DNA of 63,930 bases, filler included, from Thelocarpon superellum (GCA_026025795.1; 3 parts of 3 records of this genome joined end to end with filler, not necessarily neighbours in it), one strand, 5' to 3'. Counted from the first letter of the whole stretch, positions 37,906 through 50,413 are shown. Program-made: numbers and translations. The notes: generated by a model from the letters alone, not told the origin.

Positions 37906-40057
37906 TCAGCTGGCAGCCTCGACGGCATGCAGGATTGGATAGAGATTCTCGGCCTCCTTCTCCTGCTGCGTCGCCTCTCGCATCATCATCTCGTGCGTGC
38001 CGTCGAATTGCGAAGGCGAGTACGGCTGCGGCTGATGCTGATGCTCCGATAGATGGTCGGTGAGGTCGTTGAGGTTATGTCCACTCAGATCGTGGGCAAG
38101 GTGAGCGAGAACCGACGACTCCTCGCTCTCCTTGTCCTTTTCGTCCACGTACGCATGCCGGTTGAGCAGGTCTTGCACCCACGCTTTGATCGTCTCCATC
38201 GTGCGGATGCTCTCCACCCACGACCCCCCGGCAGCGTCCACGACCGACTCGTTGTCGCTGGCGCTGGATTGTTGGCCGGGCGAGGAGAGATGCGACAGGG
38301 CCGGATCGATGGAGGAAGTGGAGAAGTCGACCGCCGTGCCCTTGGACTCGTACGTGCCGTCCGTTGACATTAAGGAATCGTTCACCAACGTCAGATGTTG
38401 TCCCTCCGAGAGGTCCATCTCGTCGCTCGGAAGCGGCTTCGACGCCTTCTGCAGCATCCCGCTCGAGTAGCGACGTTGCTGCTCCGGGTCCAGCGAGCTC
38501 CCAAGCGTCGCTGTCGGCGCGCGACTCGACGGCGCGGGGTAGGTTTCGGTCATCTCGTCGGCCGCGCTGACGCCAGGGAGGCTCGGGTAGCCGCCCATCG
38601 ACGGCGGAAGCGGAGATAGGCCGTGCGAGGCGGTCATGGAAGACGGCGAATGCGTCGATGCGTGCGAGATGGTTGTGGACGGCGGCGTCAGGCCCGGGGT
38701 GACATCATTCGAGGAGGTCGCCGCCATCCCCGCCGCATGCGACCCACCGGCGGTGGCAGCCATGGAATCCATCTCGCCCGAAGCGGCCTGAGCACCCGTC
38801 GAGGAAGCATCTTGTGGGAAGGTCATGCTCGTATCGACATACACCGGCTGGGCGTGGCGGTTCGAGGTCGCGTTCCGGTAGACCGTACTCATGGCCTGGT
38901 CCAGGAACTGCTCCATGTTCACCAGATCGTTCTTCGTCCGGAGGTTGTGCAGCGGAGGCAAGGCATAGTGGCTCTGCACCGCTGGCCCGTGCTCGTGTCC
39001 GTTCACCCCGACCATGGCCGGCGCGGCTTGATATGCTGCCGTCGCACCCAGCACCGGCATCTCCACGCCCTGCAATGCCAGGACTCGTCGTGACACGTCG
39101 GCATTCGACTGCGGGTCGATGTGACGGCGCTTGACGTCGGTACAGAAGTCGTCCAGCGCCTCGTTCCCACGCTTCCGCGTGTCCATGGCGGCCTGGTGCC
39201 CCTGATTGTAGTGCACCGGACCGAAGAAGGACTGGCCCTGGTTGCCGTAGTAGCTTGGATTGGACGGTCCTTGGTTCCCATATCCATGATGACCCATGTT
39301 GCTGCCTTGTCCCGAACTGTCGTACGAGTAGACCGCACCGGCGGCGGCAAGAGCCTGCAGGTGTTGAGCTGAGGTGCATGTCAGCCTAATCATACACGCC
39401 ACGGCCACCACCACCACCATGATCCCTACCAGTGCCATCCGGGTTGGGATACGTCGGGTTCGGGTTCTGCGCCGGGTGGGGAGGCTCCGGGGTATGCAGC
39501 AGCACCGAATCGTCGGCGTGGGTCTTTCCGGGACCAGTCAGCTCTGCTGGAGCTTCGCCGAACAAGTTCAACGGCGGTCATGCATACCTTGACGTGCTTC
39601 TTCAGATCTTGCGGACGCTTGAACGACTTGCCGCAGAAATCGCAACGATGAGGCTTCAGCGGAATGTGGACGCGAATGTGCGAGGTGATGTGATCTCGCT
39701 TGACCGTGGTGGTGCTGCACCCTGGCCAGGCACAGGTGAGGTTGAGGTTGTTCGTCGATTTGCGGCCGACATGGCGTTCGCAGACGTGCTCCTGGACGCG
39801 ACTTAGTCTTCATCTGCTTGCCCCATCCCCCTGCGTCAATTGCATCGGTAGAAGCACGAGCACGGAAGATCAAGCGTGCGCAAGAAGCGGGACCAACGTA
39901 CGTAGAGCTGTTCGGCCGCGGGGAATCGCTCGCCGCATCCACGCCATTCGCACTGGATCGAGTCATCATGGCCGGTCGCCTGGGCCTGTGCGGCCTGCGC
40001 GCTCGTTGCCTGCAGGCCAGCGGACAACGTATGACCGGATCCGATGTTGTCGGACAT
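37906..40057 (-). CDS. pacC: pH-response transcription factor PacC/Rim101
   Basis: Three C2H2 fingers: [68 protein letters not shown]. Also LRTKNDL and two YPxL PalA-binding motifs (YPSL, YPIL); 3 introns. Confidence 0.97.
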
Positions 40058-41152
40058 CTTGGCGCTCGCTCTTGGCTCCGCAAAACCGCGTGCCAAGCCT
40101 TTCCGTGAGGTGCTGACAGTCCACCGATATCAAAACTCAGCGCATCAATCACACCGTCGCACACCGACTCGAGATGTGGACCGGGAGGGACTACGGGGAC
40201 GGGGGAAAGAAGAAGACCAGCGTCTTTGATGGTAGAGTATTACCACCCGAGCCAGGAGCAGAGGGGAGGCAGCCTTTAACTGTCGGGCAGGACGGGGTGG
40301 CGCTGGTGGGGTACACAGCAGGGCTGATGACGGGGTTCGTGCGTTGGTGTGTGCGGAAGCCAGCGGAATGTGTGGGCCAACGACTCAGCAGCTCGCCGAC
40401 GACGCAGCAGCGCTCGGCGCCGTCGTGACGGAGCGTGTGAGAGGTCAAAGGGCCGGACCCCGACGGGGATCATCGCCATGCACTGCCCCTGTCTCCATCC
40501 CCCGAACGTGCTTCGATGGGCCCTCCTAGCTCTCGAACCCGTCCAGCGCTGTGCCTCGCCCATCGCTCGGTGGAACGAGGCTCCTCGGCCCCGGTGGCCC
40601 ACCACCCGGGCCTCTTTGGCGAGCGAATCGACCAGTCATCGGCGTACAAAGGCGACACAGCCAGCGTCTAGGACGGACGGGGGAGTCTTGGCATTACGCC
40701 TAGCGTCCGCGCCAAGACTTTTTGCGTCTACCCATACTCGCCCTGGCCTGCGGGAGCCGGGACCCCTCCATCGCCTATGCGAGGGTACGGCAGTCCGACG
40801 GCCAGCATCGACATCCATTTGCGGTGGAAAGCCCGTCAAATGCTTCAGCGTGGGCCGCGTGGGCCACGTGGTGGAGGTGATCCATGTTGGGCCCATGGCA
40901 TGATGCCGGGATGCCGAGCCGATGCTAATCGCGTGGCGTGATGACTTTCCGCCTTCATCACCTTCCCTCCATCGCCCCCGCTAGCCCAGCCAAGACCCGG
41001 CCAAGATCAGCCAAGACACATGGGACAGCCAGCCTCTGCGGCGCGCCAAGCAATCCGCCACGCGTCACCTCCCATCCCGCGCTCTCCTCGACACCACCTC
41101 GTGCAGCGGACTTGGCACGTCGTCTTGGCACGTCGTCTTGGCACATCCTGGC
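40058..41152. promoter_or_regulatory. Cluster of ~15 PacC binding sites (GCCARG) upstream of pacC
   Basis: GCCAAG/CTTGGC at 40058, 40071, 40092, 40687, 40711, 40989, 41000, 41010, 41045, 41111, 41124, 41137; GCCAGG/CCTGGC at 40251, 40742, 41147. Confidence 0.85.
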
Positions 41153-41187
41153 GGAGCTTCCCCACGGGCCAACGCCACGTCATTCCC

Positions 41188-41240
41188 GTAGATACGTAGA
41201 TGCGGCGTAGATACGGCGTAGATACGGCGTAGATACAGGC
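41188..41240. repeat. 11-nt tandem repeat (GTAGATACGGC)
   Basis: gtagatac gtagatgcggc gtagatacggc gtagatacggc gtagatacaggc. Confidence 0.85.
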
Positions 41241-41572
41241 GATGACCTCACGCGCTCCGTCGCGTGGCCAGATGCGCCATCAACCAGGTCTGGCGGGGGC
41301 GGAGCAGAGACGAGCACTCCTGACACGACGCGGGGTAAAGTTTCCGATTGTGTCCAAGACCTCTGATCAATAGATATCGGCCCAATCGCTCTGGCCGGGT
41401 CGTTATATGGACCGTGATGGGCATTACAATTTACTCGTGAGACGACGAGAAATTATGAATCGGTACTGCACCGCCCAACGGTACGCAGCGGGAGCTGGAT
41501 TCACCGATCCCAAGACGCCCAAGATGACGCCAGGAAAGATTGATCATGCGCGTCACAACCTCGGGGCTCCAC

Positions 41573-43313
41573 CTAGTCCTTCCAGTCCCAGACTTGCCGG
41601 AGGAAATGCTCGATATTGACCTTGGCGCGACATGAGCCGGACACCTCTCTTGCGCAGGGGATGGGCCCACCAACCTTTTTGTTCTTCAACTCCACCATCC
41701 ATGGATGTTCCAGCATACGCCACGGAGTGGCCCGACGAGGCGGCTCTTTCTCAAGACTGCACCACAGCACGGAAGGGTCAGCGGCGGCCAATACACCCCG
41801 TACGAGAGATTGCCCGTACCAGCATTCGATGAAATACTTGAAGTTCTCCGACCAGTGAATGTTGTTCTCGTCTTCGTCCTTCAGCTTCGGAATCGGTTGG
41901 CGCACGATATACGTGAGCAGATCGATCAGACCTGCTCGTGGCTGCATCTCGGTGCCATCGGCGGGAAAGGGGAAGCGGTGTTGAGCCACCTCGAGCAGGG
42001 TGACACCCAGGGACCACACATCGGACGTGATGGTGTAGGATTGGCCGGTGATGCGCTCCGGGGCCATGTAGTAGGAGGTGCCGATGAAGGTATTCGCGTC
42101 ACCTTTCGTGCCAAACTCTCCACTGACCCCAAAGTCACACAACTTGACCTGGCCATTGCGACACAGGAGAATGTTGGACGGTTTGATGTCTGTTGGCGCG
42201 AAACGTCAGCTCACGAAAACGGCCCATCCACCCATCGACAGATGGTGGTGCCGGCAGAGGGAGGCCTCACCTCGGTGGATGATCTTTTGGCCATGCAGAT
42301 ATGTCAGACCGTTGAGCACTCCCTCCGCCACCTTCCCGAGCACCTTTTCTCCCGTGCGGCCGCCTAGCCGCTTGACCTCGCGGTACACGCCATCGAGACT
42401 GCCGCCAGCGCAGTACTCCATGGCGATGGAGATGGTGCCAGTGCTGTGATCGACAAAGGCGCCGTAGTAACGACAGATGTATTCCGAGGCGCAGTCCTTG
42501 TTGAAGGATAGCTCCCGCACGATCTGTTTCTTCACGTCGGGGTTGGGGTCGCTCGTAATGATCTAGGCCAGCGTCAGACTCGGCGGCATCGCCTACATCC
42601 GGAGAGGCTGCGCTCACCTTCAACGCAAAGACGGTGCTTCCGCCCTTGAGCATGCACCTGGTCACGGCACCGCCGGCGCCCTCACCCAGACTGCCCAGCT
42701 CGACAATCTTCTTCTCCACGCTGGCCGCGCGCCAGCCCTCATCGTCGAGGTCCTCGACGTCCAAGGCCCGGCCTTTTTCCAAGCTCAGCTTCTCGAGGTC
42801 GGGAAGGCCATTCATACTGCCTTCTCGCTCCATGCCCACGCCGGCCTCGCTGGTGGGACGATCCGAGTAGACCGACCCCACGGCGGAGGTGGGGTCGGTA
42901 TTCCCCGTGGGTTGTCGAAGACCCATGGCAAATGATAAGGCGGAATATTGCGAGGCGGCTGACGTCGGGCCGCTACCTCGGCCGTCCCGACCCTCGAGCA
43001 TGGCCGAGGTATCGGATCGTGGCTGGCTTCCGTCGCTGCCGACGCTCAAGGATGTCGCTCCCGGTGGGAGTGGCGACGGCCGACCGTTCTGGAGGGCTTC
43101 TTCTTGTGGCGTTGAATTACTGCCCATCGGCGTGGCCAGGCGAAGCTGGGGTAACGACGGCCGTTGTGCCGGAGGCTGCGTCGGCACGCCACCGTCGTTG
43201 GAGTTGCCATTCGCAACGGGCGGGATGGCGAGGCCGAGACGGGGGCCTTTCGGCCCGCCGTTGCTCCGATTGCCCGGGACGGGCGGGCGAAGGAGGGGCG
43301 CGGGAGACGTCAT
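41573..43313 (-). CDS. MKK1: MAP kinase kinase of the cell-wall-integrity pathway (Mkk1/MkkA)
   Basis: [69 protein letters not shown]; 4 introns. Confidence 0.95.
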
Positions 43314-44435
43314 GGTGGCTCCGGAATCCGATCAGCCTGAACTGAATGAATCCCTCAGGGAGCCTCTAAACCGGGCGTGCTCGTCCTCCCATATGCAGCG
43401 TCCGGCTCGAGAGGCGAGATAAAAAGAGTTATCGATAGGAGTAGGAGATAGGAATGCAGGCCAGGATGATGAAGTCAGGGAGTGGTAGCGGCGGCGGCGG
43501 CGGAGGTGGCGGCGTGAAGCTGCTTAGCCCGTCGAGAGCCACGTCACGGTCTCAAGGGCCCAGGCTCACGCTCACGCTGATCGTCGGCCGAACACGATCA
43601 GGATTCATGAAGGTTCAAAATCATTGTCGGAGCAGCGAACCGCCGGTCGAGAGCGCTTAATACGAGAAGGCTCTAGAGGCGATACCAGTGTGCGAGTATA
43701 GTAGTACGAGTACTAAGATACCAGCACGCATCCTGAGACCGACTGCCCGCCGCTGGCGTGGTGGCATGTCAGAAGTGGCCCATGCTTTGCCAGTGGCGCT
43801 TAACCTGAAACAGTCTACGGGATTTCTTCCACCTGTGGCTTGTATGAGGATAAGTACGGTACGGAGCACGCACACGGAGCACGCCGGGAACCATCGTCCG
43901 GCGTGCTCCGTGTAGTAGCATCACGGTAGCTTCGTTGCGTCCTCATCAACCGCCGTGCGCTTCCATCTTCTCATCGGAGAGATGCGACAGCTCTTCTGAA
44001 GCATGTCCGTTGATCTGGACGGAGCACGAGCATCCCCTGTGCTCGCTGATCCCGGCAAGGCACTCGTGCCTCGTCAATGATGCAAAATTCGTCACGGGTG
44101 CCTGAGAAATTATTGCCGCTTGAGGGGGTTTCTTTTGTCGCAGCTACAACTCGGATGTGAGCTAAAAGCAGCCTCCCATGGCAGCTGCCCCGCTCTTGGA
44201 CCCTTCCGTCCATGCGCCGCCATGCAAGGCGGGGTGTGGACACGACCCATTGCGAGGTGTGCGGCGTATCCGTAGGATGAAAGGTCCGGCAATACTCTCC
44301 AACATTTGTCACACACCAAGACATCGCGGCGCTCATTGCCATCTGTTGATGCTAACCCGCAATTGTGTCTTCGTCACGCGCGCTTGCCGATCAAGGGGCC
44401 CGACCAATCGAGGCGCGCGAAGCCCGATCAATATC

Positions 44436-45863
44436 ATGGCGACATCAAGCCATTACGACTGTGTCGTTGTAGGCTCAGGTCAAGGAGGCACGCCGCTGGC
44501 GTCGGCTTTTGCTAAAGCCGGCCGTCGAACGGCTTTGGTCGAGAGCACGCACGTGGGAGGATGCTGTGTCAATGACGGATGCACCCCGACCAAGACGCTG
44601 GTTGCCAGTGGTCGCGTGGCATATCTGGCGCGCCGCGCCGCCGACTACGGGGTGCATGCGCCTGGCGCCGTCGATGGCCAGATTGCCGTAGACATGGCGA
44701 AGGTTCGCCAGCGGAAACGCGAGATCGTGACCCAATTCCGGGGTGGTGGTGAGGCGCGGACCAAGGCCGCCGGTGTCGACCTCCTGATGGGTCAAGGCAG
44801 CTTCCAGGACGCCAAAACCATGTTGGTGAAGCTCCAGGATGGATCCGAACGGACCATCTCCGCCACCTCCTTCTTCATCTCCACGGGCGAACGGCCGGCC
44901 AAAGCGGCGTTGAAGGGGCTCGCGGACGTCGATCCCACGCGAATCCTCGATTCGACCTCCATTCAGGAGCTCGGAGTCTTGCCATCGCATCTCATCTGCC
45001 TGGGAGGCGGCGTCGTCGGTCTGGAGTTTTCCCAGCTCTTCCGTCGGCTGGGCGCCGCGGTCACCATCATCCAACGGTCGCCGCAGTTGCTCCCCCGGGA
45101 AGACCCTGAGATTGCGGCATGCTTGCTAGAGATCCTTGAAGAAGATGGCATCAAGGTGCACCTCAATGCCAGTGCGGTTGCCGTCACGCAGTCGACTTTG
45201 AATCCGATCGAACTCACCGTCCGCCACAAAGACGGTGCCGAAGAAGCCGTGGCTGGTTCTCATCTCCTCTTGGCCGCTGGTCGCACCCCCAACACCGACA
45301 TGTTGAATCTGGCCAGCGCAGGGGTCGAGACGTCCAAGCGGGGCTATGTTGTGGTCAACGAACGGCTCGAGACCAACGTGACCGGCATCTACGCCATGGG
45401 TGACGTCAAGGGACCTCCGGCCTTTACGCACATCTCGTACGATGACTTCCGCATCCTCCGCGGCAACATCCTTGAGCAGACGTCTCCGCCGCTCACGTAC
45501 ACGAACCGGATGGTTCCCAGCGTCACCTATACCGATCCGCAACTCGGACACATTGGCCTCCACGAACAGGAAGCCCGCGCCAAATTTCCGGAGCGCCAGA
45601 TCCAAACGGCCAAGATGCCCATGTCATACGTCGCCCGGGCGCTCGAGACGGATGAAACGAGAGGCATGATGAAGGCAGTGGTGGATGGGCAGAGCGGAGA
45701 GATCCTCGGCTTTACCTGTCTCGGAATCGAGGGCGGAGAGGTCATGACGGTCGTGCAGACGGCGATGATGGGTGGCGTCCGCTGGGAAACGTTGCGCGAT
45801 GCCGTGTGGGCACACCCCACCCTGGCCGAGAGCCTGAACAATCTGTGGGGCTTCTTGGAGTAG
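44436..45863 (+). CDS. Class-I pyridine nucleotide-disulfide oxidoreductase (mercuric reductase/dihydrolipoamide dehydrogenase-like); intronless
   Basis: GSGQGG FAD motif; GGCCVNDGCTPTK redox dithiol; GGGVVGLE NAD(P) motif; IYAMGD; C-terminal HPTLAE. Confidence 0.93.
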   Translation: MATSSHYDCVVVGSGQGGTPLASAFAKAGRRTALVESTHVGGCCVNDGCTPTKTLVASGRVAYLARRAADYGVHAPGAVDGQIAVDMAKVRQRKREIVTQFRGGGEARTKAAGVDLLMGQGSFQDAKTMLVKLQDGSERTISATSFFISTGERPAKAALKGLADVDPTRILDSTSIQELGVLPSHLICLGGGVVGLEFSQLFRRLGAAVTIIQRSPQLLPREDPEIAACLLEILEEDGIKVHLNASAVAVTQSTLNPIELTVRHKDGAEEAVAGSHLLLAAGRTPNTDMLNLASAGVETSKRGYVVVNERLETNVTGIYAMGDVKGPPAFTHISYDDFRILRGNILEQTSPPLTYTNRMVPSVTYTDPQLGHIGLHEQEARAKFPERQIQTAKMPMSYVARALETDETRGMMKAVVDGQSGEILGFTCLGIEGGEVMTVVQTAMMGGVRWETLRDAVWAHPTLAESLNNLWGFLE

Positions 45864-46598
45864 GCGGAAGCACGCCATAGCAGCGGCGAGGGGGTGGAGA
45901 CGGGCAAGTCCTCGGTCCGCTTCAATGGAACGATTCAGGCCAGATTCTACTGTCGCTAAACTCTTTCAGCCGCGGACGGTGTACCGTCGGTGCAAGGTGT
46001 TGAAGTACTCCTCGTTGAAGGGTCCCGGAGAAACCCCCGGAGCTACATATATTGACTCAACGCACGGAATTATACGAAGGAGTATATAAGATGCCGCAGC
46101 AGTCTATCCCACGCCAACCCCAAGCAACACTAATCGATCGCCAAAGGGAGTGAATGAACTGGCCGCCTTCGAGTTCGCGGGTTCAATTCCCCCTCCTGAC
46201 TCAGATAAGGAGTGGGATATTGCATCCCGCGAACTATGTAAACCCACCACCGCAAGGAGGAGGGGTTTCAATAGGGTAGAGCGAAAGCTCCGCCCGAAGC
46301 TTTTGCTGGTCCAGGATTCTGCGCAATCCTCGCCGAGGCCTTTTGTGAACAGGGCTCTCCTACGTAGACTGCAGGTGGTTGAAATGTCGCATTCGCATTT
46401 CACGCCGAGCTCCGGTTGGTGGAGCAATTGCACCAAGGCGCGCTCCAGTTGATGGTGCAGTTCGAAGCCGCCGCGGATCGAGGCGACGCTGCTGACGCAC
46501 CATGTGTGCCAATGCGGCCAAGTCCGTGCAGTGTGAGTGTCAACTCTCGAGAGTTGGAATCTTTGCTATTCGGCTGGCTCTCGATGAAGGCTGTGACA

Positions 46599-47923
46599 CT
46601 ACATCTCAAGCCATGGATTATCAAGTAGATCCTTTGCCGTACTTCGATCTTTCGGTTTCCATGTCAGCATCCTGCTCGAACTTCGGAAAATTCGTTTGTC
46701 TTCCCCCGCCAATGTTGCTGATGGAACTTTCAAGGGTGAATTGAGTGGGAATCTCTGTTGTCGCATCAAGATTCCCTGTTATGCATGTAAGCACTTTTCA
46801 AACAGAAGCAACCCTGCAGTCCTCCCTATCCTCAGAATCATAAAACGCAAGAGTCTTGTTCCCTCGCGCTAAAAGCTCACTCGATGGCGGTCCCAAGAGG
46901 GCAGGGATATGTGCGAGATGAGACCGGTCGTCATACGCATTCTTCAACGGATCGACTGCTTCAAAGAGAGTCCTGTTTTCTAACAAGTCCCACAGCTGTA
47001 GCGATCGTTAGCTTGTTGATATCTCCCAGGAAACGGCAACCCAAGAGCAGACCATTACGCCCAAGTTCCATATGTCAGAGCTGTATGTCCAACCAGCATC
47101 GAGGATCACTTCTGGAGCACAACAAGGTCCGGCCTGGATGCAGCCATGGTGAGGACCATCTCCTATTACGGAGAGCCCGAAGTCGACGATTGACATGATC
47201 CCTGTCACTGATGTCGGTTGGCCGTAGTTGTTTCGCGACAGGTAGATTGTCCGATTCGTAACTGTTCTTGTGGTAAGGGGGCGTTGAATTCCTTATGGGC
47301 ATTCCTCCGCTAGGATCGATTTGTCTCCAAGTCTTGCCATGATATTCTCAGGCTTAAAGTCTGTCGCATGAATAAGCTAACCTCCCTTTTAAGCCCAGGT
47401 TGAACGATTAACATTCTTACCCGTGTGGACAACGTGGCACACTTGATGAAGATAATCAAGTCTCTGTAGCATCATTTGGACCATCATTCTCGAAAGCTCC
47501 GATGGTGTCGATTCTGCCTCGAGCCTGTCCTTCAGCAGCCAGCGCGGTTCACGCAGAGGCTCGAGCACGAAACAGATGTGTTTGCTGGAGGCCCCTTGAT
47601 TGCGAAAGAATCGCGAAGTGTCTGGACGAAGTGCCATCCTTCGTGTCGCGGATTGGCTTTTCAGATGAGCTGGGTGACATGCAACTCGTTTCCCGCCGTT
47701 CGCTTGGCTTAAAATCGGCGGCGGTTATCTATATCGCGACGTAGCACTCGCGGAAGCTCCGCCATCTAAAGCTCTGTCAAAATGACGCTGGAGGTATTGG
47801 GAGAACGCAAACCCACTGGAAGAGATCTCTTGTGAGCCATACAGTCGAGTTGGTGCCGTAGCCAAGTTTGGTTGCGACTTGATATCTACCTTTGAGCACC
47901 TCGCCCAGTTGAGTTGGGCGGTA
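46599..47923 (-). pseudogene. Fungal SRPK-like protein kinase pseudogene (5' end lost in gap)
   Basis: [87 protein letters not shown]. In-frame TAA and compensating frameshifts near 47270-47310. Confidence 0.8.
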
Positions 47924-48023
47924 NNNNNNNNNNNNNNNNNNNNNNNNNNNNNNNNNNNNNNNNNNNNTTAATTAATTAANNNNNNNNNNNNNNNNNNNNN
48001 NNNNNNNNNNNNNNNNNNNNNNN
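47924..48023. other. Assembly gap with artificial TTAATTAATTAA linker
   Basis: 44 N + TTAATTAATTAA (47968-47979) + 44 N. Confidence 0.95.
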
Positions 48024-48033
48024 TGGCCGAAGA

Positions 48034-50413
48034 TCATGTCTGTATCAGCACATTTCCTCGTCGTTGGGCCTCATCGGTATGGAAGCCAAAGACCAGCCGG
48101 AAGAGATCTCGTAGGAAGGTGTGTTGGCCGCCGCGGATCATCCATTGAATTGATCGCGCCACCTCGGCCGCGGAGATGGCGCGGCGTCGTGGGAGCATGA
48201 TGGGCGCGCGGAAGACGGGATCCGTGAGAATCATCTGCTTGTAGTCCTCCAGCAGGTTGATCTGCCACGGCATCGCCCCAAACGAATTCGCTGGCAGCGT
48301 CTTGACGAAGCCGCTCAGCGTCTGGCCGGCAGATCGCTGGAAGCCGGTGTTCATCGCAGCTTTGACGATCAGCACCTTCAGTCGAGTGAGGTGGGCGTCT
48401 TCCGTCGGGATGGACGCTGTGATGGCCGTCGAGACCGTGTCCGTGCTGCTCTGCGAGTATCCTGACAGCGCCGACGCATTGGAAGACCATCGTTGGCCCC
48501 CCCGCTGCCCGTGATCGGTCCCGAGCACAAGGATGTTGGGCGGTCCGTTGATCTCTTCTCCGTCCGGTGAAATGGCCGTGTCTTCGAAGATGGTGACCGG
48601 CGTCTCGGGCTCGATGTGTCGTTCGATCACCGTTTCGAGCTCCGATTGTTTCATCTGGAGGAACGTCTGCGTAAAGGTCGTCTGGCTCGGCCGGGGTGTG
48701 CCTCGGTCCGGTCGCACTTGGGTCCAGCCCTCGCGGAAGAGATCGCACAGCTCCCAGCACGCCTGCACCGCTGACCCGAGCAGCTCTTCGTCTGCTGACT
48801 TGGCCTCCCGCCGGTTCTGCCGTAAGCTGAACAGCATCTCCGCCAGTCCCCAGCAAGCCCGCAGCAGTGAGTCCGTCTCTTCCTCCAGCCCGCTTCGCTG
48901 CTTCATTAACCGATGGCATAGCGTGATGTAGAAGTCCAATGTGCGCTCGCGGAAGGCCTCGGGCAGATTGCGATCGTGCGTGTTGTAGAGATGGTTGTTC
49001 AGCTCGAAGCTGACGCGGAGTACCGAGTCCGCCACCTCGTCTTCTCGCTGTCGAACTTCGAAGAGTGATTGACAAAAGTCACGGCAGAGATCCAGCGTCG
49101 GCCGCACTTGCGTCTCGTGGTCATCGTCCCGGCTGTCGTATAGCTTCTGGCACAGCTTCCAACAGCTCTTCCACGCCTGTTCATGCATGTCACCCGTTCC
49201 CGCCACATTGAAGATACGCTCCCGGTGGATCGAGCTCAGTCCGGCTAACGTATTACAGAGTGTCCAACACTCATTCAACGCCATCTTCAGCGCGGTCACT
49301 TCTTCGTCGCCCTTTTCCGATGTGGGCACTGCCGCTTCGTAGCCGTCCTCGGTCAATCGTTCCTCGGACATTTCATGCTCATGGTCTTGTCCCTCGGGGA
49401 TATCTGTTGAACGTGACGCGTCAGCCACGCCCTCAACTTGTCCGAGACCCAAGGTTAATGACTTGCCTTCCAGGCCGTGGCCCCGCTTCTCTAAATTGTC
49501 CAACTCGTCGGGGAAAGCTTCAATATCTTGCATGGTCTGTGCTCGGGGTGTGGCGGTTTCAGTGGTATGAGCAGCAGGAGGAACACTGGTCGAGATGGGC
49601 GGCGGGGAGACGGGGCTGCTACCCGCAACCTATCGTTGGGATTTAGTACTGGGCTACTGTGGTCGGAATCATTCGGATCAAGCCGGCTGACCTTGTCTTT
49701 TCTGATAGGATTCACTTGCAATGCCTGTGCGTTCGGTTGGTCGAAGTCGGATCGCTGCGAGGCGGGCGGGGTCCGTCGATGAACCAAGGGAGTAGGGGGA
49801 GGCTTGGGTTCATCCTTGACGTCCTGGCCCTCGCTGTTTAGCCAGCTGCCGGTGGACGGCGAGACAGAAGGGTAACTTACGAATTCCTTGAATCCTTGTG
49901 GTGCGTGGATGACGGATTGCGGTGTCTCGTCCGACGGCGAGCGCGGCCTCGTCGCCACGGCCGTGTCGATGGTCTGTGGCGGCAGCGGTTAGAGAAGGCT
50001 CGTCGTGATACTCGGTGGGCTTGGCGCTCACCGTCATCTCTGAGTGACCCGATCGACGAGACTCGGGGGTTCCTCGCGCAGGCGGCGGCGTCGGCTCGAC
50101 GGCCGGCACATCCTCAATCTCGGTGTCAGTGGTGTCGGCGGAGGCGATGGCCGACGACTCCGATGGCTCGACGATAGTAGGCGTGCCGCTGGCACTTTCT
50201 GGCGCCGCGGAGAGTGGCGATTTATCGGCCTCTTGGACCCTGTGCGATGATCGTGGTCAGTCATGGTCCGATTTTGGATGCCATCAGCCGGCCTCACATT
50301 GCGGGGAAGCGCGGCGACTTGGGCAGCGCTGGCGAGGCCGGCGAGTCGGTGTAGGGGGAAAAAGCAGACATGAGTCCACCAGGCGAGTGGTACAAAGGCG
50401 ACTCCAGCGCCAT
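48034..50413 (-). CDS. Conserved Pezizomycotina hypothetical protein (4 exons)
   Basis: MALESPLYHSPGGLMSAFSPY; three GT-AG introns restore frame into the 499-aa ORF with ALNECWTLCNTLA, AWKSCWKLCQKLY, VLRVSFELNNHLY, VQACWELCDLFREGWTQVRPDRGTPRP. Confidence 0.85.

Noticed and set aside
44178..44435. 86-aa N-terminal extension of the oxidoreductase ORF
   Set aside because: Family homology starts at MATSSHYD (44436); the upstream in-frame ATG segment looks non-coding.
46145..46200. GGTTCAATTCC B-box/T-loop-like motif
   Set aside because: No cloverleaf or A-box at proper spacing; not a tRNA.
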